A stretch of 63,578 nt of DNA, filler included, from Hyphochytrium catenoides (GCA_900088475.1; 9 parts of 9 records of this genome joined end to end with filler, not necessarily neighbours in it), one strand, 5' to 3'; positions 38,301 through 56,659 are shown, counted from the whole stretch's first letter. A program made the numbers and translations. The notes: generated from the sequence alone by a model not told the origin.

Positions 38301-39745
38301 AAGGCCGCTAACGGCAGTCGAAACCACCCTGTTTCATGTCATATATGACCCTATCATCTCCTCATTTTCTAACTCGATCACTTTCAATACCTCCTTCTAG
38401 GAAGCCGGTAGATTAAATTTAATCTGTCTCATTGTTTGTCATCTCTCGAGTTGACTCTGTCTGTCAAATGGATGCTCTCTGTCTTACACCTTCCTCCTGG
38501 TGTTCTTTGTGCAGCCTTTCCTCCTCTCCTCTCCGCCGCAGATCACGGCCTGGGCGCTGCCTCCGCCATCCTCTCACATTGCAAACTCACATGCAGGTGC
38601 AAGACCAGAGAGAGAGAGAGAGAGAGAGAAAGAAGAGAGAGGAAGAGAGAGAGAGAGAGAAAAGAGAGAGAGAGAAAAGAAGGAGAGAGAGAGAGAGAGA
38701 GAGAAAGAAAGGAGAGAGAGAGAGAGAGAGAAAAAAAGAGAGAGAGAGAGAGTGAGAGAAAGAGAAAGCGGTCGACACAGGACGTTGGGATGGCGAACCG
38801 ACAGAGACATGGAAGCACTTTGGTCTATAAAACAATGAGGAAGATAGAGAAAGAGAGAGAGAACGCGATGGGAGAACAAAGTTATATAGAGGAGAAGGTG
38901 AAAGAGAAGGATGAAAGAGGCAGTTGCGTCAGTCAAACAGATTCCTATGAAGAGAAAGGGCAAGCGAAGGAGAGATAGCGATAGAACTGAAGAGTCAGGA
39001 GAGACATAGACCTCCATCACTGAGCGTTGTCTTCCCTTTCGGTCAAGCTCTTGGGACATCTCATCATCACTTACCTCCAACCCTGCCCATCTCTCACGTT
39101 CGCTAACCACTGAACGATAACGTGAACTGCGTCCTCCTGGTAGGGCCATTTTTCAACCTCATATCTCTCTCATTTCTCTCTCTCTCTCTCTCTCTTTCTC
39201 TTTGTCTCTCTCTCTTTCTCTGTGTCTCTCTCTCGCTTGCTGGCATCGTTCTTTTCTCTTTCTTCCTCTTTCTTCTTCCTCTTTCGTTAGTTCTCGCTCT
39301 CCGTTAGTGTTCCACCTTCATAACCTACCGTTGTCTTTCTTCCCTTTGATAGATGTTCCTCTCGCTGCTTTCTTCAGGAAAGCTTGCTAAGGAATCCTGG
39401 TTCCAAACCTCTCCACTCTGCATTTTTCCATCATTGCGGAAGTCACAGCTAACGCGATAACAGCATCCTCGTGGGAGATTCAGATCAAAGACAGAGCTGG
39501 AGCATCTAATAGAGAGAAAAGGAAGAGTCTCTCTCTCTTCAGCGAAATCGCCTCTGTCCGTTTGTCCCTGACTTCGGCTGGCACTGGTAGCGTTCCCACT
39601 GTCTACCACTTAAAATAGAAGAGGGCAGTCTTTGCCTTCTCTCTTGCCTTGCTCGGTCTCCCTGCCAAAGCACGGAGTTTCCGAGGACACGTGAGAAGCA
39701 TCTTCTTCTCTCTTCTGCCCTCTCTCTCTTTGCTTTTATATCATA

Positions 39746-40777
39746 ATGAAGGGGCCCATCACTCTCTTCTCCCTTGGCCTATCTCTTGCGCTTCTCTCCC
39801 CTACCATCATCGCCCAGATTCCCTGCTCAAGCTTTGATCAGTGTCCCAACCCTGATCCTTCGAAGAACGCGATAGTAGGCTGCGGATGCCCTGAAGGTTT
39901 CCCGTCTACCGTCTGCGTGAAGAGAGAGAATGACGCTTTCTCTTTCGAAGGAGGCATCTGCTACGTCCTGACAGAGACAGACAACACTTGCAAGGGAGAA
40001 GGAGGACCGTTAGACAGCTTGACAGGCTTTCAGGAAGATTGTCTCGAGGGAGAGGCGTGCATATCCCGTCCTCCCTTTCGGCAGAAGTGCGTCCGGGCCA
40101 CGGCTGCGCACATTCTTCTCCCTTCTCCTGCTCCTACTGATCTTCCCTCTAAAGCCATAGAGCTTCCTTCAGGAGTAGAAGGAGAGAATCCTCCGTCTGC
40201 AGAAGAGCCTACAGCTGAGCCCACGAGTGGCCCTTCGGAGCCCTCTCCTGAACCGACCCAGGAGCCCACGGTTTCTCCTTCGTCGGAGCCGGCCCCTGAG
40301 CCAAGCGAGGAGCCTACGGTCTCTCCCTCATCTGAACCTACCCCTGAGCCAAGCCAAGAGCCTACTGTCGCTCCTTCGGCTGAGCCTACTGGGGCACCCA
40401 CAGCAGAGCCCACAGCTGCGCCACCTACTAGCTCTCCTACTGTGGAGCCTTCCCCGGTCCCAACACCAGCCCCCACGCCGCAGCGCACCCTTCCCTCAGG
40501 AGAGCCAGATTGTGGGTTAGGTGCCCTTCCTGTGTCTGTGGAGTATGGCTCTGTAGGGTGCGCGCCAGTGCCCATCTGTACAGGTGGCTTTCCCCACGGA
40601 AATTGTCCAGAGGGTAGCGTCTGTGGCATAGTAAGCAGTGGCGTGCCCGGCTGTGTGCTGAAAGACAGAGTGAAAAGAGAAAGACGCTCTCTTTCCCAGC
40701 GAGCTCTCAAGGCGGCGCTGCTGGTTGTCAAAGAGGTGGCTGCACGATACCGGGAGGTGGAAGACGCAGCCTATTAA
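39746..40777 (+). CDS. Secreted Cys-rich, Pro/Thr/Glu-repeat mucin-like protein (343 aa, intronless)
   Basis: Hydrophobic N-terminal signal-like segment, a Cys-rich N domain, EPT/EPS repeats, and a C-terminal Cys module PVSVEYGSVGCAPVPICTGG..GNCPEGSVCGIVSSGVPGC. Confidence 0.8.
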   Translation: MKGPITLFSLGLSLALLSPTIIAQIPCSSFDQCPNPDPSKNAIVGCGCPEGFPSTVCVKRENDAFSFEGGICYVLTETDNTCKGEGGPLDSLTGFQEDCLEGEACISRPPFRQKCVRATAAHILLPSPAPTDLPSKAIELPSGVEGENPPSAEEPTAEPTSGPSEPSPEPTQEPTVSPSSEPAPEPSEEPTVSPSSEPTPEPSQEPTVAPSAEPTGAPTAEPTAAPPTSSPTVEPSPVPTPAPTPQRTLPSGEPDCGLGALPVSVEYGSVGCAPVPICTGGFPHGNCPEGSVCGIVSSGVPGCVLKDRVKRERRSLSQRALKAALLVVKEVAARYREVEDAAY

Positions 40778-41439
40778 TTCCTTGCCAGTGATCCTTTGCC
40801 TCTCTCGTTGTAACTTTGTCCTATTTTAAACGACTTAATGTATCCTCATGACAGTACGTTGAGAGTTTATGCGCCCGATCCTCGTTAGCGCTCAGTCAAA
40901 GACGAGCCAGCCTCTCTCTTTTCTCTCCTGTTGGTCGCCGGCATGTGCCATGCCTACTACGGAAAGAGGCACAGGGGATCCCAGAGAAGCTACTGCTCAC
41001 AGACAAGCTCTACTTCTTCAGGGTTGCCCCTACATTGCAGAGCCTCTTCAGTTGTCTCTTCTGCTTACCAATCGGGCATATCAAAAGTCTCCATCTTTCC
41101 ACGTGCTAATAGGGAGATTGCATAGTGTACGAGAGCAAGGAAAGAGCAGCCTAAGGCATCACACTTGACCTGCAGCATAAAAAGCCATCTTCTAGTGGCA
41201 CAATGGGGACAGTGGACAATATATTGATGTTGATGGTTGATCGCACTTTGATCAGAGGTCAAAGGACATTGGGACGCGCTGAGAAGCTTGAGAGATACTA
41301 TCTCTAAAGGTCAGAGGGTCTATAAATAGGATGACATGGAGACCTTGCGGAAAGAGAGAGGCGCAGACAGAGCGAGAGAGACACTAGCAACAGACAAAAT
41401 AAAAAGCCATGACAGGTCGACTGAGACGAGAGCGGCCCT

Positions 41440-42084
41440 TTAGCAGCAGCTCTCGGTAGGCGCACTCCGGCTCTGCTTTTTGCTCTTGAAGACCCCGCTC
41501 ATCTTGCTCCAGAGAGGTTTCTTCCTAGAGGAACTTTGCTGAAGAACTCTCTGCAGAGTGTCCTTCTCAGCTCTTAGGTTGACAGAAGTGAAGGAGCTTT
41601 CTGAAGAGACAACTGTTGATGCTTCAGAATCTGATGCAGAAGGAGAGATGGAACCCTGAGAGCTTGAGCTCTTTGCAGCAAAGCCACTTCTTCTCCAGTG
41701 CCGGATGATATGAAGCCATCTTCTTCGTCCTTCTGCTGAAGCAGCAGCAACCACTAGGCGAGTCTTCATCCCCAGACTCACAGTTCCGTCTGGGAGATAG
41801 AGGATCGGGACAGAGTCTACATAGAAGCGATGCTCGATGCCGGACAAGCTGGGCAGATAACAATCCGCAAAGATCTTACTGCCCGTGAGCTTGATCTGTC
41901 CCACAAACGACCCTTTCTCTTCAGTGTAAAAAGAGAGGACGCCGTCCTTAAGCTCAAAATAATAGAGATTGCCTCCGCATTCTTCGCCTTCTCGGGTGAA
42001 GTTGAACTTTATCAGATAGCCGTTCTCCACTTCTGAATCTTCGAAGGGGTTTGGGCTCACGGACTCGGGATTGGCATTGACCAT
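41440..42084 (-). CDS. PH-domain protein (about 214 aa from ATG 42084), intronless
   Basis: ENGYLIK...YYFELKDGVLSFY...GQIKL...HRFYV...LVVAAASAEGRRRWLHII matches the PH-fold pattern, including the C-terminal helix Trp. Confidence 0.8.
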   Translation of the reverse strand: MVNANPESVSPNPFEDSEVENGYLIKFNFTREGEECGGNLYYFELKDGVLSFYTEEKGSFVGQIKLTGSKIFADCYLPSLSGIEHRFYVDSVPILYLPDGTVSLGMKTRLVVAAASAEGRRRWLHIIRHWRRSGFAAKSSSSQGSISPSASDSEASTVVSSESSFTSVNLRAEKDTLQRVLQQSSSRKKPLWSKMSGVFKSKKQSRSAPTESCC

Positions 42085-42792
42085 AGCTCTTGGTTCTTGA
42101 TGAAGTTTTCTCTTAAAGAGAGAGAGAATCCGAGAGTCTCCACCTTCTAGTGAGAAATTTACAGAGCTCTGACGGAAGCTGCAGCAGCGTGCAGGCGACG
42201 AGCTGCCGAAGTGAGGAAGAAAGAAGCGCAGCAAAGACCTTTTCCTTTCTGGGGACACCTATCAATAGTAGAAGATGATAGGAGGAGACGAGAGAGAGAG
42301 AGACAGGAGAGAGAGAGAGAGAGAGAGAGAATAGGTTTTGATTGGGGAGATTAATCAGAAGATTGCCGTGTAATATAAGCGGCTGATGAGAAGATCGCTT
42401 TCTGGCGCTTCGAGTGTCGTTGAGCTTTTGATGAACTGGAAGAATCGAGCACCATCTGCGCGTGAGTCGGAAGCTGATTCCTAGAGAGACATCTTTCCTC
42501 TTGTCTTCCGATCACATGCTGACGTTCTCTCTCCCTTTACACTTGCTCTTTCTTTTCTTCTCTCGCTCCTCTCTCTTTCACACCTGTCATCTCTATGCAA
42601 TTGATAGACAGGTAGCGCTCTGTGTAAACGTTTGTGTCTCTCTGTCTCTCTCTGCCTCTCTCTCTCTTATTCTCTCTCTCATATGCTCTCTCTCTCACTC
42701 TCTCTCATATATACTCCCTCTCTCCCTCTCTCTCTCTCTCTATTCTCACTTCTCTCTCTTTCTCTCATATATACTCTCTCATATACACTCTC

Positions 42793-42892
<100 letters not shown>

Positions 42893-43489
42893 TCACTCGC
42901 TCTCTCCCCTGTGTCACTTTTCCTCATCCATCCCCTCGCACTTCTATGGTCCACGTCGGCTCTGGTGAGGAGAAAGATTCGTCCAAAGTGTATATACAGT
43001 AAAAACCTTAGGGAATGCGGGGCCCGAATCTCATGGACCCTCCGGTACAGCCAATCAGAAGACAGATCAGGTGATCAACGGTATCCAAACCTGGATAATG
43101 ACAGGATTCTACCCAGGTTAGCTAAGTTATTCCCATTTTAACACGCGATCTCTGTAACAACCTATAGATTTTTGATGATTATTGCTGGCANNNNNNNNNN
43201 NNNNNNNNNNNNNNNNNNNNNNNNNNNNNNNNNNTTAATTAATTAANNNNNNNNNNNNNNNNNNNNNNNNNNNNNNNNNNNNNNNNNNNNCCGCGTATCG
43301 CCGGGAGATATCCCAGGCGTTCTTTGAGGAATGCAATGGCAAACTCGTTGCATATGTGGACAAGTATGGTTCTTCCATATCTTCCTTCCGTAAAAGGAGA
43401 GAGAGAAAAGCAGAAGCAGCATAGCATAGCCTCTTATAGGTACCAAAGAGTATGGAAAGTGGCTAATCACAAAGTTTAAGTGCAAACGC

Positions 43490-44506
43490 TTTTTTTTTTT
43501 ACTTCTTAGTAAGAAGAAGTAAAAGATGAAGAAAGAAGAAGAAGAAGAAAAAGAGGAAGAAGGAAAGAAACAAGGAAGGCTATGACGCCTTGGTCACTTC
43601 CTCCTCAACCTGATCTCCGCCACACTCATCATCAGTGAAGGAAGAATCATAATTGATCTCTTCAGTAATAACCTGGGGAGAAGGAGGAGGAGGAGGAGGT
43701 GAATCATTATCAATCACAATGTCATCATCAGCAACTTCAAACGGCGCAAGGCAAGCAAGAGAGAGAAGGCTCCAACTGTTCAGGAGGAATACGCTTCAAA
43801 ATCTGGCGCATTTTCCTCATAAGTTGCCATAGAGATTCTCGTGTGAAGGCGTAAAACCATAGCCAAACGGGACCATTGACCAAGGTGCCGAGAAGCATCA
43901 AGAGCAGAGCGGTCACATTGAAGCTTCACCAGATTGCTTATACAATCAACAACACCCGGCATAGCACCTCCAAAGAACTCCCAAACCAGTGGAACAAGTT
44001 GCAGCCCGACCGCCCGGCAAGGTGCCTCATACTTCTTCAGCTTTGCCTTTTCAGACAAACGACCTTAATAGCCAGCGTGGACTGCTGCATAAGGAAGGGT
44101 TCTAGATAGCAGCGAATCCGTGATGGACACATCAAAAGCCGTATGCTGATAGGAGGCGGAGAAGCCACGAACCAACATATCTCCTGGTTTCAGATTTGAC
44201 CCCGGGAGGAGGTGACGGGGCTCGCGAGAGACTTTGAGGCCAGAGTCCCGAAAAGCATGAAAGAGAAGATCCTGAACGCGGCGATGACGCTGACTAGCGC
44301 CACCACCACGACCACAAATGATACCGTGATCACCAAAAACATCCATAGGGCAAGAGCAAGTCTGGCAAGAGACACGCACGGAAGAGCGGACGAGAGGGAT
44401 GGCAAGAAAACGCCAGAGCATCACCCGGAACACCAAGGGGCATGAAACCTTTAACTTGCAGCCAGGGAATGGGAGCGGCCCGAAGGAAAGCCCCTGCATA
44501 AGGGAG
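43490..44506 (-). mobile_element. 3' end of a non-LTR retrotransposon with restriction-like endonuclease (CRE/NeSL/R2-type), degenerate, with poly(A) tail
   Basis: CQTC..D..GDHGIIC zinc knuckle, RH, EP, KPGD..FDVS (PD-D/ExK core), EKAKLKKY and VPLVWEFFGG. There is an in-frame TAA at 44065-44067, a pyrimidine-rich 3' UTR and an A11 tail (T run 43490-43500). Confidence 0.85.
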
Positions 44507-44687
44507 NNNNNNNNNNNNNNNNNNNNNNNNNNNNNNNNNNNNNNNNNNNNTTAATTAATTAANNNNNNNNNNNNNNNNNNNNNNNNNNNNNNNNNNNNNN
44601 NNNNNNTCTGCTTATCCATTTCTTCTCCGCTTCGTCGTTGAATGGGCTGATGCATATCCTTTGTTCATTATTGTCCCTTCTTGCCAG

Positions 44688-44960
44688 GAGCTGACCAAAC
44701 TATGGGAGTTTGGGGAAAGACAGCAGGTGGAATCTGAGGTCCAGGAGCTCCACCAAGAGGACACCAATCAGACTGACCAGGATAGCAGCAGTCGGGAGGC
44801 CAAGGAGGAGGGAGAGGTAGCCACATTGGTGACCTCAAGCAAAGAGCCCGAAGGGGGACTGAAGAGACCAGTCTTTGAACGTCCAGAGCTCGCGGAGCCT
44901 GTCATCGGCGTGTTCCTCGACGACGAATTAGCAGGAAACAATCAGGACGCTGAAGGCTGA
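44688..44960 (+). CDS. Probable terminal exon of a truncated gene (acidic C-terminus)
   Basis: Pyrimidine-rich tract and CAG acceptor precede ELTKLWEFGERQQ...DAEG*. The upstream part is lost at the linker. Family not established. Confidence 0.35.
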   Translation, partial: ELTKLWEFGERQQVESEVQELHQEDTNQTDQDSSSREAKEEGEVATLVTSSKEPEGGLKRPVFERPELAEPVIGVFLDDELAGNNQDAEG

Positions 44961-45028
44961 TGGATTGCACGCGGCCTCACGTTAATGGCTCTCTCTCCCC
45001 TAGCTGGCTATGATTACTTCTCTGCTTT

Positions 45029-46073
45029 CTAGTCAACGTCCAGGGCCTTTTGGACTTCGCTACAGATCCTTTTGAGGGCTTGGAAGTCAGGGCGGCAACT
45101 CTAAATGAAGGGCGGGCGGGCAAAGAGTTTGGGTACTAAGATGATATGTGCAAAAAGGCGTCGGGCAACTCCTAAAGAGACGTACCTCCAGCAATAATTG
45201 CAACCTGTCCTCTCCCTTGATCAACAGCGCGACATAGACTACTACGTCAGAGAAGGAAATAGCTTCGTTTATCAGAACTGAGTCTATCTGAGGAACTTCT
45301 ATCACCTATCCGTATGGGTATCATTGTCAGTAGGAAGGTAGAGAGATCGGACTGAGAATAGGTTGATATCGAATGGGAAGCGCCGCAAAAGAGCTAATCA
45401 TAGGGTGGAAGGGCGTGAGAGGAGCTCACAGACTTGCGTTCTCAGACTGCTCACTGCATAGCGCCCAAGGCGAGAAAAATCTCTATGGAAGAAGAGACAG
45501 ATAGACTGAAGGACGGCCGAGGTGGACTCATGGATCCGGGGAGCTGTTACCTTTGAGACCCGACGCCCAGAATAGTATTCCTTCGTCATCTGAAGCCCGA
45601 TGCCCGGCAGGATGAGGATGAGCTCTTAGTTAGGGAGAAAGTGGAGGTGCGTGGGTACGGGTCATGAGTAGAGAGTTGACCGTCAGCAAGACGTTCAGAA
45701 AGGTAGTTTTCTGAAAGAATAGATATGTACCTGCTGTTACCCGTGTCCGCCTTCTGAGAGCCGTCACCCCTGCTTGGACCACCAGCCAACCGGTCAGGGA
45801 GAGAATAAAAGGATAACTGAGGAGCGGAAGAGAGGAGTCCCGAAGCCGGAGCGGGTCTATCCAGTAGCATATGGCCATGACGCCGATACTCCCGAGAGCA
45901 GTAACGACTTGGAACGTGGCTGTAGGTCCATGATGCCGCCCTCCGCACTCCACCCTAATCTCAACCGCTGATAGAGGCAAATAATTGGCATCTCAGCGCC
46001 GTAGCGGCAGGAGGGTAGGATAGGCACACAGGGCATGGATACCTGCTGATGCTTGCTTTATATCATCTCCCAT
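45029..46073 (-). CDS. PIGH: GPI-GlcNAc transferase subunit PIG-H / Gpi15, about 5 exons
   Basis: Spliced product: MGDDIKQASA|AVEIRVE.. two TM segments ..|ELILILPGIGLQMTKEYYSGRRVSK|VIEVPQIDSVLINEAISFSDVVVYVALLIKGEDRLQLLLE|SCRPDFQALKRICSEVQKALDVD*. This matches the PIG-H pattern (GxQ...SG...INE....YxALI). Confidence 0.8.
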
Positions 46074-46531
46074 AGTGCGTACACTAACTTGACAGCGGCT
46101 GGAATGGTCCATCTGACCGACCTCAGGCCTGTGCAGAGTGCAAGTCGGCAGCTCCTCAGCGCCCGTCCTTTGGGGATCTACAGTGCTGGTGGCAGCGGTC
46201 GCAAGGGAGCGCGGCCAGCCAGCTTGCGATCGCTGCTGCTCTGCCTCTGCGTGCTCTTCGGGAGCCCAAGGCGATTCATAAAGCGATGCTGGGATGTTTG
46301 CAGGCTATGAAATGTTCAGTTGATATATTTCCTCGGTGCCCGTTGCCCAGTATTTTAGGCTATAAATAGGCTCCTGAAAGTTACAAAACTGCATGAAAGC
46401 ACGCGTATTATTCCTCTTCTTTCATTGAGTGACACCGCATTCCCGCCAAATTTGATCTGTTTGAGACCTCACACAGGCCCGGTTATTGCACTCTCTCTCT
46501 CCTTTCTCCTTTCTCCTTTCTCTCTCTCTCC

Positions 46532-46571
<40 letters not shown>

Positions 46572-47089
46572 GTCTCTCTTTCTCTCTCTCCTTTCTCCCT
46601 CTTTCCCTCTGTCTCTCTGTCTGTCTCATTTCTCTCTTGTCCTCTCTCCCTGTCCTTTTCCCTATCTCTCTCTGCGCTCTTGCTTGTCGCTTCTCCTTTC
46701 CATGACTTCTCCGTTATGTGTTCCTGACCAGGCAGGCGATTGAGGAAGCACCATGTGGAGCGGCTGTGGTCCCGGAAGCTCATCTCCTTCTCTCCGCCTC
46801 CGTCTCCTATTCCTGCGGTGGTCCAATAGCTCTCTCACCAAGAGAGAAAGCCGATAGACACGTACCTACTCCGCCCATCTTCGGGACCATTGGCCTTGGT
46901 TGCCGCCTCTTCGTATTGAACGAACGCGATTTCAGAGCAACTCACAAAGGTGTTCGAGCGAGCCGCCGCTAGCTGAGCCCCAAACAAACAATTACTGGCG
47001 AATGACCCGCTATCCAGAGCTGGTGATCTAGACTGACCCTGGCTGCTCAAGGCCAGCTTCACCCTTCGTCCGCCGTCCCTTCACTAACA

Positions 47090-53340
<6,251 letters not shown>

Positions 53341-54287
53341 AATACTTGTGCCGTACAAAGCCTCACCGCCAGACTGCAGGCAACGAAGGGAAGAGACCAG
53401 GGGCTGCGTGCAGAAGAGGGAAAGCATCTAGCACCAGAGGCCAGGGTAAAGCAAGCCACTACTGTTGGCTTAAGCCCTAAGAGAGGACGAGCGGAGCAGG
53501 AACGGCAAGTAGGGACTGACAAGCTCTACTTCCTTCTCCTACATCCCTGATGGTCTCTCTCAACCTGTTTTATAAGCCTTTGTGCTACCTTAAAACTCAC
53601 AAACAAAGAGTCAGCCAGCGTCTGCTTCACTCTCGCTGCAGCTCCTTCGCCTTCTTCTGTTAATTTCCCAAGTCCCACCTTCTTTGCCAGTCAGTCATGT
53701 CTTTCTCTGGAGATGGAACGAGGCTAAGCGACGGAGAGGCAGCTGGAAGCCTTCTTTCTAGTGCATCACATGCAGAGGGAAACCGACTACCTAAAGGCGT
53801 GAACAGGGAGGCGAGCCCTCTGCCTAGATAACATCATCTCAGCAGCCTTCCTTATGCCAGCGATCCCACCAACTGAGCTGAACCATAAGGACCATGGAAG
53901 AAGAGAACTGGGAAGAAGGAACCATGCAAACAAAGATAATAGACAGAAGGCGACGCGCGCGAGATACTGCGAGAGATGCGAAGGCATGTTATGGGTAGCA
54001 CACAGGAAGTACATCCACGGCCCACCTTCCACGGCCAAGCGAGCCTCTCTTCTCTTCTGTTCCCCGAGCCGAGTAGGTGCGGAGTGTCCTTGCGATCTAA
54101 GCCGTCGAGCCTCTCCTTCAGCCTAGCCAACAGAGAAAGAGAACCCTTATCCGCTTTCCTTCTCTGTATGCTCATAATCAAAGGTTTACTGAAAATAGGT
54201 CCTTGATGTCTGACTGGAGAGAGAGAGAGAGAGAGAGAGAGAGCAGGCGCAATGCGTAGTATCCACTACCGCCCGGCTCTCTCCCTT

Positions 54288-54689
54288 TCACTTTCCCTCC
54301 TCCCGGGATATTTGTGGCTGTCTACTCTGCTGTGCCTCGATCAAAGATTTGAGAAGGAGAAGGAGCCGACTGATGAGCTCAAAGATCCCAAGACAGACAA
54401 TGAAGAGACAGCAGAGGTCTAAGGGCTCTCTGACGTACTTCTCCCAGAGTTCTGGATCGATGTCTTCGCTCTTCCTTCTCACCCAGAGAACTAGCGAGGA
54501 GAAAAGGCGCGTATAGAACGACAGGAACTGTCGGCAGTAGCTAAGGACTGCAGAATGCAGAGTAGAACTAAGTGCAGAGAGAGGGAGATCGTCAAGTCCA
54601 TAATAGAGAAATAGTAGAGCGAGAGGAGGGAACAAAGCGTAACGAAATAGCGGCGTCGAAGGCTTTCGTGTCTCCGTCATCTTCACCAT
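54288..54689 (-). CDS. Hypothetical membrane protein (possibly first exon of a spliced gene extending towards ~53790)
   Basis: 133-aa ATG-initiated ORF in complex sequence with two hydrophobic segments. No family recognised. Confidence 0.4.
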   Translation of the reverse strand: MVKMTETRKPSTPLFRYALFPPLALLFLYYGLDDLPLSALSSTLHSAVLSYCRQFLSFYTRLFSSLVLWVRRKSEDIDPELWEKYVREPLDLCCLFIVCLGIFELISRLLLLLKSLIEAQQSRQPQISREEGK

Positions 54690-55420
54690 CTCTCCTCTCC
54701 CTTGGGTCTCTTATTACTCCCTTTGTTCTGTCTTCCTGTCTTCCTCTCCGTCCTATTGCTTGCTCAGGATCTTTTCCTCTCCCGACCGTCGCCGTCGACT
54801 CTTCTCATGCATCCAAGTCCCGAGAACTCATGGGTAAGGGCAATCCTGGAAGCTGCGCGGCGCCTGGTAGTGCGAGAGCTGCCCCATCAGCCTACACCAT
54901 CCCGCGCCATTCCAGAGACCAGAGACCCAGACCGAGGCCAAGCTCACAGGCTCAACTGCCGCAGGCCGCGGGCCAGGAGAGCATCCAGCTTTCTCCTCTC
55001 TCTCTCTCTCTGCTGCGCTCTGCACTCCTACAGGCGCAGGCAGGCCAGGGTCCTTCCTTTACCAGGGAGTCCGCCAGTCCGCTTCTCCTCTGAAAGTGAA
55101 AGGCCATCACCGGACAGGCCCGGGACCGAGCCCGAGTTACTGACCCGGGACCAAGCCCGAGTCAGTGACTCAAGTTGAGCCCGAGTCAGTGACCCGAGAC
55201 CTCGGGGACTGTACAGTAGGGCTTGGTAGTGTGATGGTAAACAACGTACAAGAGCCCAAGATATAAAGAGAGAGAGGAAGAGAGACAGGGCGAGAGAAAA
55301 AGATCGAGGAGGGAGAAGGCAAAACGAAGAGAAACAGTGTCGGAAGAAGAGGGAAGACAGAAACAGAAGGGAGGGGGGAGATAGATAAAGAGAGAGAGAG
55401 AGAGAGCGAGCGAGCGAGCG

Positions 55421-55489
<69 letters not shown>

Positions 55490-56659
55490 CAAGCAGCGAA
55501 GCAAGCAGTGAGAGCTTGGAAAGCGAGTGGGATGCAAAGGCAACAACTTCAAAATAAAGAATAAAGAGCATATAGATCAAGAGCCAGAGCTCGGATGAAG
55601 CGCACCATCGACTCCGCGTAGCTCCAGCGGCCTCGGCTCTCCGGTTGTGTCAGCCTGACACTTCCTAGGATAGCTCTCATTCTTCTCACTTGCTTTTTGT
55701 CGCACCTGCTCTCTCTCTCTCTCTCTCCCTCGCCATGGCCGTGGCCGGTACTATTGCCAGCGTGATTGGGTTGNNNNNNNNNNNNNNNNNNNNNNNNNNN
55801 NNNNNNNNNNNNNNNNNTTAATTAATTAANNNNNNNNNNNNNNNNNNNNNNNNNNNNNNNNNNNNNNNNNNNNGAACTGTGAGCCTCTTAGAGCTCTTGT
55901 CAGCTTCTGCTCTCAACAGAAGCTTCAGGCACTGTCACCCAGCTCTGTAAAGTTCATCATTGGTGAGCCCGAAGGGCGAAGCTTTTTGGTTTAGGTTTTT
56001 GCGTCAGGCGGTGCAGAATTTTTCCCCGATTTGTTCGTCCGCGTCTGTCTGAGTGAGTGTGAGTGAGTGAGTGAGTGATGAAATATTCAGCGAAACTTTA
56101 TCAACTCCTCGAATGCTGCAAGAGTCGCGTGACATGTTACCTTCACCCTCAGCTCCTACAGCTAAAAAACAGGATTGTAGGTGATGCGTCTCAGGTAATA
56201 TGGGGCTACAACACAAATTCGGGTAGACGCACGCGATGTGTCTCGGTTTATAGTGATACGCCTCGCGTTACAAATTCGATTTATGTTCATAGAAACCCTT
56301 TCGCTCCTGCTCTGACCCCTTTTATATCTCCAAAGTACACAAACAAAGATTTAAACCCAAAGAAAAAGCCCAAACAGTGATTAGTAAAAATCCAAATAGT
56401 GAAATTTTGATCACAAACACACAGACAGACACACAGACAACACGAAAAAGTCCATTTGTGCTGAAGCCCCTGTGGGTTAAAGTTGAGGCTCACCCTTCGG
56501 GCTCGCAACAATTATTTGGAATAGTTGTCATAGTCAGAATAGGTTTAGATTGTGGGACCCCACTTGGGCTTATCAGTAGAGCATTCTCATCTAAGGACAT
56601 TGTCCAGTCATCCCCTACAAATCTAACATGGCGGAGATGAAGATAGGGTCATTGTGGGT

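Noticed and set aside
38480-39149. Small two-exon minus-strand gene (MALPGGRSS..AGLE, GTAAGT donor near 39075)
   Set aside because: The acceptor is unclear, and the product is tiny and unrecognisable.
40030-40731. 233-aa antisense ORF
   Set aside because: It is the shadow of the Pro/Thr/Glu repeat gene on the plus strand.
56628-56645. TGGCGGAGA after ...CTAACA as a tRNA primer-binding site of an intact LTR element
   Set aside because: The flanking repeats are inverted rather than direct, the internal sequence is only a scrap, and tRNA complementarity cannot be verified.
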